Origin: Oligoflexia bacterium
GTDB taxonomy: Bacteria; Bdellovibrionota; UBA1018
Length of the DNA: 64,000 nt
Direction: 5' to 3'
Assembly: GCA_963758495.1 (NCBI GenBank)
Contig: CAVWVI010000005.1
Coordinates: 96,894-160,893, forward strand
Every line of letters begins with the position of its first letter. Position 1 is the stretch's first letter. This document shows, one piece after another, positions 17,532 through 27,439 of the stretch. The translations under genes and the position numbers were made by a program. A model generated the notes under the pieces. That model was not told the DNA's origin, made no database searches, and saw nothing but the letters and a program-made list of their open reading frames with translations.

Positions 17532-18407
17532 ATGACCGAATATATAAAAATAACTTCAAGCCGTCGTCTGAAATTAGCAGATGTTCCCGTCATTGCTAAA
17601 CCCAAGTATCGGTCTAAGTACCGGTCAGAAAGAGAATATGATGAACTGCTTCAGGCAAATCATGCCACAATTGAGGAATATCAGGTTTTGCTCTACGCTG
17701 GTCATACACGGTCGATGTTGATTATTTTTCAGGGAATGGATACTTCTGGTAAAGACGGTGCGATCAAGCACGTGATGTCGGGGGTTAATCCACAAGGATG
17801 TTCGGTGACCAGCTTCAAAACACCAAACTCAATCGAATTAGATCACGACTTTCTTTGGCGTGCCAACCGAGCTATGCCGGCACGAGGGCAAATTGGGATT
17901 TTCAACCGATCCTATTATGAGGAGACGCTGATTACTCGCGTTCATCCAGAGCTTCTTGAGCAAGAAAAACTCCCTCACGAAGAAAAATTCGGGAATCGAT
18001 TTTGGAAGAATCGTTATCACGATATCGTAAATCATGAAAAATACCTTCATCGACAGGGGTACGAAATTGTAAAAATCTTTATTCATATCTCAAAAGATGA
18101 GCAAAAGAGGCGTCTTTTAGATCGTTTTCGAGATCCCAAGAAACTTTGGAAGATTTCAGAAGGTGATATTCGAGAGCGTAGTTTTTGGAGCCAGTATCAA
18201 ACAGCCTACGAGGAATGCATCGAACATACGAGTTCAAAGACCAATCCTTGGTATATTGTTCCTGGTGACGACAAGAAAAATGCACGCCTCAGTATTTCTC
18301 AAATACTCGTCGAGCGGTTCGAAAAAATGAACCTTGCATACCCTAAGTTGAAACCTGAGCAAAAAAAGAAACTCAAGAAGTTGAGGTCATTGCTTGCTAG
18401 AGACTGA
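17532..18407 (+). CDS. ppk2: Polyphosphate kinase 2 family protein
   Basis: QGMDTSGKDG Walker A, HDFLWR, FNRSYYE and PWYIVPGDDK motifs. Confidence 0.93.
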   Translation: MTEYIKITSSRRLKLADVPVIAKPKYRSKYRSEREYDELLQANHATIEEYQVLLYAGHTRSMLIIFQGMDTSGKDGAIKHVMSGVNPQGCSVTSFKTPNSIELDHDFLWRANRAMPARGQIGIFNRSYYEETLITRVHPELLEQEKLPHEEKFGNRFWKNRYHDIVNHEKYLHRQGYEIVKIFIHISKDEQKRRLLDRFRDPKKLWKISEGDIRERSFWSQYQTAYEECIEHTSSKTNPWYIVPGDDKKNARLSISQILVERFEKMNLAYPKLKPEQKKKLKKLRSLLARD

Positions 18408-18419
18408 TCAGAGTTCGAA

Positions 18420-19943
18420 CTATAAAGTTCCGAGTGAGTACTCCATTTGATCTCCCTGTAACTGATAATTTATCACAGCTTGTGCCCAAGTCGATTGAGC
18501 TTGAACCAAGCTCGTCTGAGTGGTGATGAGATCAATGAAATTCGCAGAACCCACTTCGTATCTGCCGGTCATCACTTCATAAGCTTTGGTAGCGGCTGCG
18601 AGGCCTTTTCGAGAAGACTCGAGTTGACTAAAAGCGGCTCTGTATTGTCCATAAGCTTGTCTTACCTCCGAGATGACTTGGAGCTTTCGATCTTCGAAAT
18701 CAATTTCGCTATTATTTGAGATCACATTCATTTTTTGAGTTGCCAGTCGAGTCACAAAACGATCGAAAAGACCCCAGGAGAGAGTGAGGCCAATGGTGTA
18801 ATTGCTTTGAGTTCCCAATTGACTCCAAGGGCTTCCTTGATACGTGGGGACAGAGGGAACCCCATCTACATCCTGTTGAAAAAGAGTTTTTCCGCTTGAG
18901 TAAAGGTTAAAACCCAAATCGATTCGAGGATAGTATCCGCTCCTGGCTTGCACGACGCCCCATTGAGTAGCTGAAAGAGTGGATTCGGAGGCTTTCAAAT
19001 CTGTACGTTGATCCAAGGCTAGGTTCACTAAATGAGCTTCGTTATCATATTTAGAATTGAAGAACTCTTTGAGATTCGGAGGGCGGTCTAGAGTATAATC
19101 CAGAGCCGCATCAAGTCGGAGCTTTTGAATGAGCACTAATTGATCATTTCTGGCTTTAATTTTTGAATTGATGAGGTAAGTTTCGTCCGCACTCGTCTGT
19201 GCTTGCTGGCGAAACAGATCAGCTAAAGATTTTACCCCTACTTGAGTTTGCTCCTCCAGTAAAACTTGTCTTTGTTGAGAGACAGTCAGATTCTTTTGGG
19301 CGATTCCGACCACGTCCTGGTCCAAGATCACCTGGAAGTAGGATTGAGTGATGTCTAAGGTGATCTGTTGTTTAGCTCGAGCAAGGGAATACATGGACGC
19401 TCGCTTTTTTTCGATAGAAGACTTCAAACTAGAAAAATCCGATAAGCCGTTAAAAAGGTTGAGAGTGCTTGAAACCTGATAGGTAGCTCCCGAATTGCGG
19501 GTCACCACATCGGTAGGTGTCGCACTTGTGAAATAGATGTTTCCGGCTTGATAGCCATAAGTTCCAGATACACCTAAATTAGGTAAGAATTGAGCATAAG
19601 CTTGCAGAAGTTGGTCCCCTGTGTATTCAAAGTCGTTTCCGGCTTTGAGTGTCAGCGTTGAGTTGTGAATCGCTTGATCAATACTGGATTTGAGTGTGAG
19701 ATCGATAGGATGTTCGGGAGTCTCAAGACTGGATTCACTCCTGCCAGGAAGTGGCTTTAAGTTCATAAGATCGCCTGCCGAAGGAATAACGGAAGGTGCA
19801 GCGGAAGGAATAGTAGAAGGAATAGCGGAAGGAGCAGTGATAGGTTCCCCCGCATAGGTAGACGGAGTCACCCTAAAAACTGCCATAAAAACCATCATAA
19901 AAACTGCTCTAAAAACCGTAATGTAGAGTGGATAAGTCTTCAT
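18420..19943 (-). CDS. TolC-family outer membrane efflux protein
   Basis: Two OEP repeats (ARSGYYPRIDL, RYEVGSANFIDL); last gene of the RND operon. Confidence 0.9.
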   Translation of the reverse strand: MKTYPLYITVFRAVFMMVFMAVFRVTPSTYAGEPITAPSAIPSTIPSAAPSVIPSAGDLMNLKPLPGRSESSLETPEHPIDLTLKSSIDQAIHNSTLTLKAGNDFEYTGDQLLQAYAQFLPNLGVSGTYGYQAGNIYFTSATPTDVVTRNSGATYQVSSTLNLFNGLSDFSSLKSSIEKKRASMYSLARAKQQITLDITQSYFQVILDQDVVGIAQKNLTVSQQRQVLLEEQTQVGVKSLADLFRQQAQTSADETYLINSKIKARNDQLVLIQKLRLDAALDYTLDRPPNLKEFFNSKYDNEAHLVNLALDQRTDLKASESTLSATQWGVVQARSGYYPRIDLGFNLYSSGKTLFQQDVDGVPSVPTYQGSPWSQLGTQSNYTIGLTLSWGLFDRFVTRLATQKMNVISNNSEIDFEDRKLQVISEVRQAYGQYRAAFSQLESSRKGLAAATKAYEVMTGRYEVGSANFIDLITTQTSLVQAQSTWAQAVINYQLQGDQMEYSLGTL

Positions 19944-21115
19944 TTTTTAATTTCCTGTAAAATCGGACGGACTTTCCCTCCTTCGGGAACGCTACCGATA
20001 TTGAGGGCGACTAGCTCACCTTCGTTGACGCCGGATCGAATATCAATGATTCTCCCATCGTTGTTTGCTACCTCGACCTCCTTAAAATGAATGGTAGAGT
20101 CACTGGCAATGACAGGTACGAGCGATTTTTCATTGCGGAGAACAAAAGCTTCTACCGGTACCTGACGAAATACCGGGCGACTAATATTAAGAAGAACCTG
20201 TACATAACTTCCCGGAACAATCTCTCCTTTTGAGTTATCAACATCAATTTCGGTAAGAAGCATTCGTGTTTTCTCATCAAGGCTACCGGAAAGACGAGTG
20301 ACAGTGGCTTTCAATTTAAAATCATTGCGATCTGTGAGGCTGATCGTCACAGGGTCACCTGGATGAACGAAATGGGCGTCTTTCTGATCTAGATAAACAT
20401 AGATTCTCAATTGATTGATTTGTGAAACGGTGAGTACGGGCTGGGCGCTGGTTTGGGAGTTGGCAGCATTTTGCATGAGGGAGCCCGGATCGGCAAATCT
20501 CGCGGTAATTGTGCCTGGAAACGGGGCTCGAAGGATCTTGTAGCTTTTGGCGACTGCCATAGCTTCAAGTTTGGCTTGAGCAATTTCTGCGTCTGAATCC
20601 GACTGCTCAACTTCTTGCGCTGATACAAGATTCCGTTTTGCGAGCGTTTCCATTCGTTCCGCAATTCGATGTTTATTTTTAGCATCTGCGGCTGCGGCAT
20701 TGTAGTCTTTGTCAGTTTCAGGTGAGTCGATGACGGCGAGTTGCTGATTCAAGCGAACCACATCGCCTTTGTCCACCAGGACTGACTTTAAGTAGCCACT
20801 GACCTTTGCATACAGTGTCGCTTCTCGAAAAGGTCGTGCTTCACCGATCACGGTTACCGTGTATTGGGGCTTGGATTCGACTACTTTTGTGGTCGCGACA
20901 CGCGGTCCAGCTTTGATCTCAGTTTCTCGCGCAGAAGCTTCTCGTTTAACGACAATCCACTTCCAGCTACTCATGAGAACAATGATTGTCAAAGCGGCAG
21001 CGACAATTCTGAATGCTCCTTTTCGAAACTGGGGGGGCGCCGTTTTCGCTGATCGAATGGCTAAGCGATAGAATTTCTTGATTCCGTCGTCGGAAATTCT
21101 GAATTTAATCTCCAT
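19940..21115 (-). CDS. RND periplasmic adaptor (MFP)
   Basis: LYAKVSGYL..VLVDKGD, LRAPFPGTIT and TRMLLTEIDV motifs; ATG 21115 preferred over the overlapping upstream start. Confidence 0.9.
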   Translation of the reverse strand: MEIKFRISDDGIKKFYRLAIRSAKTAPPQFRKGAFRIVAAALTIIVLMSSWKWIVVKREASARETEIKAGPRVATTKVVESKPQYTVTVIGEARPFREATLYAKVSGYLKSVLVDKGDVVRLNQQLAVIDSPETDKDYNAAAADAKNKHRIAERMETLAKRNLVSAQEVEQSDSDAEIAQAKLEAMAVAKSYKILRAPFPGTITARFADPGSLMQNAANSQTSAQPVLTVSQINQLRIYVYLDQKDAHFVHPGDPVTISLTDRNDFKLKATVTRLSGSLDEKTRMLLTEIDVDNSKGEIVPGSYVQVLLNISRPVFRQVPVEAFVLRNEKSLVPVIASDSTIHFKEVEVANNDGRIIDIRSGVNEGELVALNIGSVPEGGKVRPILQEIKK

Positions 21116-24100
21116 GGTTGATTCCTTCTCCTGCTTCTTTATGAAAGTTTTCATCTAAAAGATGTTTAGTGGGGAGTTCGGTTCGTAGGAGAGAGTAAAC
21201 AACGGGTACTATAAATAAGGTAACCCAAGTAGCCACGATAAGACCTCCGATAACCGCACGACCCAAAGGGGCATTTTGTTCTCCGCCTTCTCCTAGTCCT
21301 AACGCTGCGGGAATCATTCCTATAGTCATCGCAAGTGCAGTCATGAGGACAGGGCGGAGGCGGGTGATTCCGGCTTCGAATGCAGCTTCAAGTGCATTGA
21401 GGTTCTTTTCAATTCGAACATCGTTTGCAAAGCTCACTAATAAAATTGAATTGGAGGCTGCAATGCCTACCGCCATAATTGCACCCATAAGAGATTCGAC
21501 GTTAATGGTGGTGCCGGTGAGAAGGAGCATCCAGAGGATTCCCACCAGAGCCCCAGGAACCGCTATCATGACGATTAGAGGGTCCAGCCAAGATTGAAAG
21601 AGAATCACCATCAGCAGATAGACCAAGAAGATAGCCAAAATGATTCCCAACCCTAAGCTGCGGAAAGAGGTTCTCATAGTTTCCCCTTGCCCTCGTACAT
21701 TGATTTTCATGCCGCCAGGGAGTTTTCCTAATGAGGAGATGGCACCTTCGATCGCACTTTGGACGGAGCCTAGATCTCTTCCTTCTACATTGGCAGTGAT
21801 ATTGAGAACTCTTTGAACATTTGAATGATTGATTTCATTCATAGTCGTAGCGCTATTCAGAGTGACTAAATTGCCTAGTCGTTGAGCTTGAGCATGAGGA
21901 AGAGTCAAAGGTGAAGGGAAACCCGAAGTTTTTGGGAGGGCTTGGGTAGCGGGAGTAATGGTAGTGCCTAGAATATCTCCTACGGTCGCTAGGTCTTCCA
22001 AGGGTGTTTTCACAACAACTGAATAATTAACACTATTGGCTGGATTTAAGAAAAAAGAAGGTGCTACCAGAGAGCTCGACGAGAGCGAAATTAACATGCT
22101 GTTGGAGATATCTCTTTGAGTGAGACCTAACTGCAAGGCACGAATCCGATCCACGTTGAGTTTGAGGGTAGGGTAGTCAAAAATCTGTTTAATATTCACG
22201 TCCGCGGTTCCAGGGATGACTTTTATTTTGTCGATTAACTGGAGTGCATATTTATAGGACTCATCAAAATTACGATCTTCCAATTGAACATCAATGGGAG
22301 CACTTAAACCGAAATTGAGGACCTGATTCACGATATCTGCGGACTGAAAGAAGAGGGTAGTTCCGGGAAATGTAAAATTCAAATCCTCTCGAATTTTCTT
22401 CATGTAGTTTGCAGTAGGGTGATGATTTTCGTGGAGAGCGATCAGGATTTCGCCGTCCATGCCACCGGTATTATCGGTAGGGACAAAGGCTAAGTTATAG
22501 AAAAGAGGAATTCCTATCATAGAGTTGATAGTCGCCAGTTCTTCTTGAGGAATAATCGCTCTAATGTGTTCTTCCGCTTGGGCAATGTTCCTTTCAGTTT
22601 CTTCAATACGGGTTCCCGGCGGAGATCTAAAGTGGAGCTTCATGAGTCCCGTGTCCGTCATGGGAAAGAAGTCCGTACCAATTAAGAAGGGGAGAGTTGA
22701 AGAGAGCAGTAGAAGCACCACGCCAATCAAGAGAACAAACCGCCTGTGCTCCAGGGAAATTTTAAGAAGTTTACTGTATTTCTTTTTGAAGCTCGAAAAC
22801 TTTTTTTCAAATTTTCCAAAGAAACCACTTAGGTGAACTCCTTCTTCATGGTGTTTCTCGCTTGCCATGAGAAGGCGGGAAAGGATTGGAACGAGCGTTC
22901 TGGAAAGAATATATGACGCAATCATGGCATACACTACCGAGAGGGCCATAGGAGTGAATAGAAACTTTGCTGGACCGGTCAGGAGGACGACGGGGAAAAA
23001 TACGATGCAGATGGCTAAGGTAGCCATAATGGCTGGGAGCGCAATTTGTTGAGCTCCAGTAAGAATTGCAACCGTGAGAGGGAGACCCAGGGCACGGTTC
23101 CGGTGGATATTTTCTACTTCGACAGTAGCGTCATCGACCAGCATACCAATCGCTAGGGAGAGTCCTCCCAGGGTCATAATGTTGATTGTATTTCCTGTGA
23201 GTTTGAGTCCAATAATAGACGCCAAGATACAAAGAGGAATAGACGTACACACGGTCACTACACTTCTCCAGCTCCCTAAGAAAATGAGGACCATAATCGA
23301 AACCAGGATGGATGAAATCAGAGCCTCGTGAAGGACGCTCTTAATTGCATTTCGGACGAAGACGGATTGATCGAAGTCGATTCGAAATTTGAACCCTTCG
23401 GGAGCCATGGCTTTGATTTCCGGCAGAAGTTTATACGCTGCACTCACCACATCGAGGGTCGAAGCATCTGATTTTTTTAAAATGTTGAGATAAGTTGCTC
23501 TTCTACTATTGACCCGAACGATGTTGGTTTGATCTACAAAACTGTCTGATACTTTAGCCACATCACCTAAAGTAATGGGAGCACCGTCTACGACTTTAAT
23601 AGGAATTTTCCCAAATTCAGCAACTTTCGAAGGACTGGAGTTCAATGCTATATTGTATTCCATCTTACCAATGCGAGCCGTGCCAGCAGGAACGATAATA
23701 TCAGAAGAGGTCAGCGCATTGGTGACGTCGTTCGTAGACACCCCCTTAGCGTTCAAGATCCCTGGATTGACATCGATGTTAATTTGCCGCCCTTTTCCAC
23801 CATAGGGAGCGGGTACAGAGAGGCCAGGGACTGTGAAAAGTTTAAGTCGAACGAAATTTAACGCATAATCAAAAAGTCTTTCTTCGGGTATTGAATCACC
23901 GAAGATGGTCAATTGCGCTACGGGGACATTGGACGCGTTAAATTGGATAATGACGGGAGGCTGCATTCCGGGTGGCATGCTTCGAAGTGAGGTGGAAGAG
24001 ACCGATGAAATTTGAGCGATGGCAGCTCCGATCTCGGTCCCAGGCTGAAAGTAGATTCTGAGGAGCCCGATGCCTGGGATAGATTCAGATTCAATTTTCG

Positions 24101-24335
24101 AGATCCCGTTGACGGTGGTGGTAATTCCGCGTTCACTCAGGAAGACGACTCTCTTTTCCATTTCTTCGGCCGAAAGTCCTGGATAGTTCCAGACCACCCC
24201 CACAACAGGGATGTCGATGACCGGGAAAATATCCACGAGCATGCTATTGATTGCCATCACACCGAGCAGAAGTATCAGAATTGCAGCTACTGCGATGGTA
24301 TAAGGTCGGCGAAGTGCTAGGCGGACGATCCACAT
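21105..24335 (-). CDS. RND efflux permease (AcrB/CusA-like)
   Basis: 1076 aa; DIFPVID, GMLVDDATVEVEN and RLRPVLMTALA motifs. Confidence 0.95.
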   Translation of the reverse strand: MWIVRLALRRPYTIAVAAILILLLGVMAINSMLVDIFPVIDIPVVGVVWNYPGLSAEEMEKRVVFLSERGITTTVNGISKIESESIPGIGLLRIYFQPGTEIGAAIAQISSVSSTSLRSMPPGMQPPVIIQFNASNVPVAQLTIFGDSIPEERLFDYALNFVRLKLFTVPGLSVPAPYGGKGRQINIDVNPGILNAKGVSTNDVTNALTSSDIIVPAGTARIGKMEYNIALNSSPSKVAEFGKIPIKVVDGAPITLGDVAKVSDSFVDQTNIVRVNSRRATYLNILKKSDASTLDVVSAAYKLLPEIKAMAPEGFKFRIDFDQSVFVRNAIKSVLHEALISSILVSIMVLIFLGSWRSVVTVCTSIPLCILASIIGLKLTGNTINIMTLGGLSLAIGMLVDDATVEVENIHRNRALGLPLTVAILTGAQQIALPAIMATLAICIVFFPVVLLTGPAKFLFTPMALSVVYAMIASYILSRTLVPILSRLLMASEKHHEEGVHLSGFFGKFEKKFSSFKKKYSKLLKISLEHRRFVLLIGVVLLLLSSTLPFLIGTDFFPMTDTGLMKLHFRSPPGTRIEETERNIAQAEEHIRAIIPQEELATINSMIGIPLFYNLAFVPTDNTGGMDGEILIALHENHHPTANYMKKIREDLNFTFPGTTLFFQSADIVNQVLNFGLSAPIDVQLEDRNFDESYKYALQLIDKIKVIPGTADVNIKQIFDYPTLKLNVDRIRALQLGLTQRDISNSMLISLSSSSLVAPSFFLNPANSVNYSVVVKTPLEDLATVGDILGTTITPATQALPKTSGFPSPLTLPHAQAQRLGNLVTLNSATTMNEINHSNVQRVLNITANVEGRDLGSVQSAIEGAISSLGKLPGGMKINVRGQGETMRTSFRSLGLGIILAIFLVYLLMVILFQSWLDPLIVMIAVPGALVGILWMLLLTGTTINVESLMGAIMAVGIAASNSILLVSFANDVRIEKNLNALEAAFEAGITRLRPVLMTALAMTIGMIPAALGLGEGGEQNAPLGRAVIGGLIVATWVTLFIVPVVYSLLRTELPTKHLLDENFHKEAGEGINHGD

Positions 24336-24463
24336 AAAGTTATCCTACTTTTTTGACCCAGTTCAATTCTTAGTCCTCACTATGATAGCTTCCTTTTTAT
24401 TTTGTGGTCCAATATAGAGTAAGTCATTTACCTATATCTAAAAAGTATAGTAAGCATGTAGAT

Positions 24464-25354
24464 ATGGAGTTTCGACACTTGCGCTATTTTATCGCAGTTG
24501 CGGAAGAGCTCAGCTTTAGTAGAGCGGCAAAGAGGCTTCACATGGCCCAACCCCCGCTGAGTCAACAAATTAAGTCATTAGAAGAAGAAGTGGGCTTACA
24601 GCTATTCGATCGGAGTAGTCGTAAAATCAGAATGACCCTTGCGGGGAGAGACTTTCTTATAGACGCACGAAAAGTTTTTGGGAGTCTCGATAGTCTTCAG
24701 CAAAAATCGAAGTTGCGCTCTCAGGGAAGTTTAGGTCGAATTTCAATTGGGGTCATCCCCTCTGTGATTACTGCGAACTTTGCTGCGATGCTTCGATCTT
24801 TTCAAAAAGACAATCCCAATATTGAAATCTCTCTCATGGATCACCCATCCTTGCAGCAGATTGACTCATTGCGCTCAGGGAGTCTTGATGTTGGATTTTT
24901 GAGGGTCAGCTCTTTCATTCCGGATTCTTTGGATTTTCACGTGATCAAACGCGAACCCATGAGACTCGCAGTGCCTCATCGACATTGGATGGCTCAAAAA
25001 AAAATTGTAGATTGGTTAGATCTGGCCAATGAAAATTTGATTTTGGTACGTCCAGAACTTGCCCCCGACTATTATGATGAATTTTATAGCCTCTGTCGCA
25101 AGGTGGGGTTTGAGCCGCGAATTCGGCAGTACGCAAATACTGTTGCGACTCAGTTTTGGTTAATTTCGGTAGGTCTTGGAATTGCGCCTATCTCGATTAT
25201 GCCGGAAATGGTCAGTCGAGATGATCTTTCTTTCGTCGCTCTTCCTTCAGATGCTCCTATTTTTAAAACAGGTATGGTTTGGCGGCGAGGTGACCTCACT
25301 CCTTCTCTGAATCGATTTATGGAATATGTGCGAAAAAGCGGAGTGAATGCCTAG
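24464..25354 (+). CDS. LysR family regulator, divergent from the RND operon
   Basis: MEFRHLRYFIAVAEELSFSRAAKRLHMAQPPLSQQI helix-turn-helix. Confidence 0.95.
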   Translation: MEFRHLRYFIAVAEELSFSRAAKRLHMAQPPLSQQIKSLEEEVGLQLFDRSSRKIRMTLAGRDFLIDARKVFGSLDSLQQKSKLRSQGSLGRISIGVIPSVITANFAAMLRSFQKDNPNIEISLMDHPSLQQIDSLRSGSLDVGFLRVSSFIPDSLDFHVIKREPMRLAVPHRHWMAQKKIVDWLDLANENLILVRPELAPDYYDEFYSLCRKVGFEPRIRQYANTVATQFWLISVGLGIAPISIMPEMVSRDDLSFVALPSDAPIFKTGMVWRRGDLTPSLNRFMEYVRKSGVNA

Positions 25355-25988
25355 AGAATTTATGTAGCGCTCCATTGATAGCGTCATTGACTCCATCTGC
25401 CATCAGTGCGGTTTCAGGAATTTCGATGGGTTGGTCAGTTTTTGGAAGTCTTCGCATGACATTCAACTGGGATTGGACTTCCTTTTTCAAGTCATCAAGT
25501 TTACGAAGTCTTTCCGCGTCCCCGAACTGAGAATACTCTTGATGAATCGACAACAGTTTTTGTAAACTCTTTCCTCCTTGATAGAGGCACCATCTTTCCC
25601 GACACTCCTCCATGAATGAAAGGATCTCATCCAAAGCCGCATTCATAGCCTTTTTATCAGCTTTCACAGACTTAGTTTGAATTTTTTTGTGGTGTCGTTC
25701 AAGTTCAGCCCGAGCTTTAGCCCGAGGTTCAGCTAGCAGCTTTTCTTCACGTTTGTTTTGATCTGCTTCAATCGCCTGTCTGAAGATCTCTGCCGCTCTA
25801 GGATCTAGGTGATCGAGTTCTTCAACTGCTTCTTGCCTCTCACTTGCTACCGTGCTCGTCAATTCATAAGGAGGTGCCACCGAGTCCCTATCGGCGTCCA
25901 TGGCATAAGCGCTCATGGGTATCAGTCCACTGCCACAAATCACAAAGATAAATGCCGTAGTTATTCGATAAAATCTATTAAAATTCAT
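25317..25988 (-). CDS. Secreted helical hypothetical protein
   Basis: Signal peptide ending SAYA|MD; coiled-coil-like charged body; GAGGGA RBS. Confidence 0.6.
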   Translation of the reverse strand: MNFNRFYRITTAFIFVICGSGLIPMSAYAMDADRDSVAPPYELTSTVASERQEAVEELDHLDPRAAEIFRQAIEADQNKREEKLLAEPRAKARAELERHHKKIQTKSVKADKKAMNAALDEILSFMEECRERWCLYQGGKSLQKLLSIHQEYSQFGDAERLRKLDDLKKEVQSQLNVMRRLPKTDQPIEIPETALMADGVNDAINGALHKFSRHSLRFFAHIP

Positions 25989-26167
25989 AATCCAGTCCCT
26001 CAATCAATCGAGCACCGGTTAGAGGGGTGTTTTCTAGTTTTTTTTATCTTGTCGTCAACCTTAATTGAAAAGGTATCCCAAGTTTGTCACCTCCTTTACG
26101 AACGCCTATTTGGATGCTAGGAGTCAGAATGAAATTTTGGGGTGGGGGCAAAAAAGGAGAAGATCTT

Positions 26168-27292
26168 GTGCATCAAATCTTAAAGAAGAATTCGTGGACC
26201 TGTGCTCTCGTCCTATTTCAAATTTTTGCGGCGGTAATTACCTGCCGAGCGTGGGCACATGGCGGCGGAGGCGGAGGCGGACGCGGGTTCGGAGGTGGCG
26301 GTGGATTCCACGGCGGTGGTGCTGGATTCCACGGAGGTGGCGGTGGATTCCACGGAGGTGGCGGTGGGTTTCACGGAGGTGGCGGTGGGTTTCACGGAGG
26401 TGGCGGTGGATTTCACGGAGGTGGCGGTGGATTCCACGGAGGCATGGGATCTCACGGATTCTGGCGACCCGGCTTTGGATATTGGAACGCAGGCTGGGGC
26501 GGTCGGGGCTGGTATGGTCGCAGCGTTTACCCCTGGTTCTATCCTGGGTGGTATTATGGATGGTATGGAAGAAATTTATTGTTTGCAGGGTATCCATTTT
26601 ACTTTGGTAGTGCCTACTATCGACCCTTTTATCTTCCAGCTAACTTTGTAGTCAACTCTCCAGTTGACCCGAATATGGGTGGCAACACGGATGCACCTCC
26701 TCCTTATAATTCTACGAATGGACAAGAGCCCGTCTTGCCTGCTCCTTCCCAAGAAGCAGTCAAAACCATTATCGAAAAAGGCTTCGAGTTTGCAAGCTCC
26801 CACGCCAGCACTTTCTGGAAATATTGTCGGGATTATCCTCAAGGCTATCCAGAAATTGATGCTTACTTTGACAAGTTTGCAATCCAAAAAAATCAAGATC
26901 TTTCCTTATTTCCAGATTCTGAATTAGAAGACACCCTCACTTGTGGCGACCAGTGTGTTTCGTTTTTTTGTTGTGGTGATGACGCGAGAGAGACCAAGAA
27001 GGCAACCCGGACTTCTAATATTAAAGAGGCCTATCGAAATAAAATGACTGAGGAATTATCCTCTACAGTCGGTTTTAATTTTAATGTGGCAAATTTAGAA
27101 ATTGCTTGTAACGCCCTCTATGGAAGTATTTCAAAAACGTACAGCGATCGTCATCCCAATGATCCAACCGCTTTTGATTTCGCTCAGCTGGAAGTATTTT
27201 TCAGTCAGTTAGAGAGAACCCTAGACAGTAAACGACTCACTCGACTTCCCACAGCTAAATCCTCCGAGGTACCTCGGTTCATTTTACAGTAA
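26168..27292 (+). CDS. Secreted Gly/His-rich repeat protein
   Basis: AAGGAG RBS + GTG; signal peptide ..CRAWA|H; (GGGGGFH)x7; W/Y/G-rich segment; Cys-containing C-terminal domain. Confidence 0.7.
   Translation: MHQILKKNSWTCALVLFQIFAAVITCRAWAHGGGGGGGRGFGGGGGFHGGGAGFHGGGGGFHGGGGGFHGGGGGFHGGGGGFHGGGGGFHGGMGSHGFWRPGFGYWNAGWGGRGWYGRSVYPWFYPGWYYGWYGRNLLFAGYPFYFGSAYYRPFYLPANFVVNSPVDPNMGGNTDAPPPYNSTNGQEPVLPAPSQEAVKTIIEKGFEFASSHASTFWKYCRDYPQGYPEIDAYFDKFAIQKNQDLSLFPDSELEDTLTCGDQCVSFFCCGDDARETKKATRTSNIKEAYRNKMTEELSSTVGFNFNVANLEIACNALYGSISKTYSDRHPNDPTAFDFAQLEVFFSQLERTLDSKRLTRLPTAKSSEVPRFILQ
26291..26437 (+). repeat. Seven tandem 21-bp coding repeats
   Basis: Consensus GGAGGTGGCGGTGGATTCCAC encoding GGGGGFH. 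Confidence 0.95.
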
Positions 27293-27307
27293 ACAGTATA
27301 ATATGAG

Positions 27308-27348
27308 ATCGCTTCCGGTTTCGGCCCTGGGTTGATGCCGGAAGCGAT
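27308..27348 (+). terminator. Inverted repeat / probable terminator
   Basis: ATCGCTTCCGG...CCGGAAGCGAT 11-bp stem after the Gly-rich gene. Confidence 0.5.
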
Positions 27349-27439
27349 ACTGCTACAAAATACCAGGGCTTTTTAAGATCGTGCTGAATTTAGGTTTACC
27401 GCTGGTAAAACCAATCCATTTTGCTAGCGTGGGTGATCT

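Noticed and set aside
26291-26437. 21-bp tandem repeats as CRISPR, and the overlapping alternative-frame ORFs
   Set aside because: There are no spacers. The repeats encode GGGGGFH in a signal-peptide gene; the other frames are shadows of the repeat.
27293-27439. c-di-AMP riboswitch upstream of kup
   Set aside because: Only simple hairpins; I could not match the ydaO consensus by eye. An Rfam scan would settle it.
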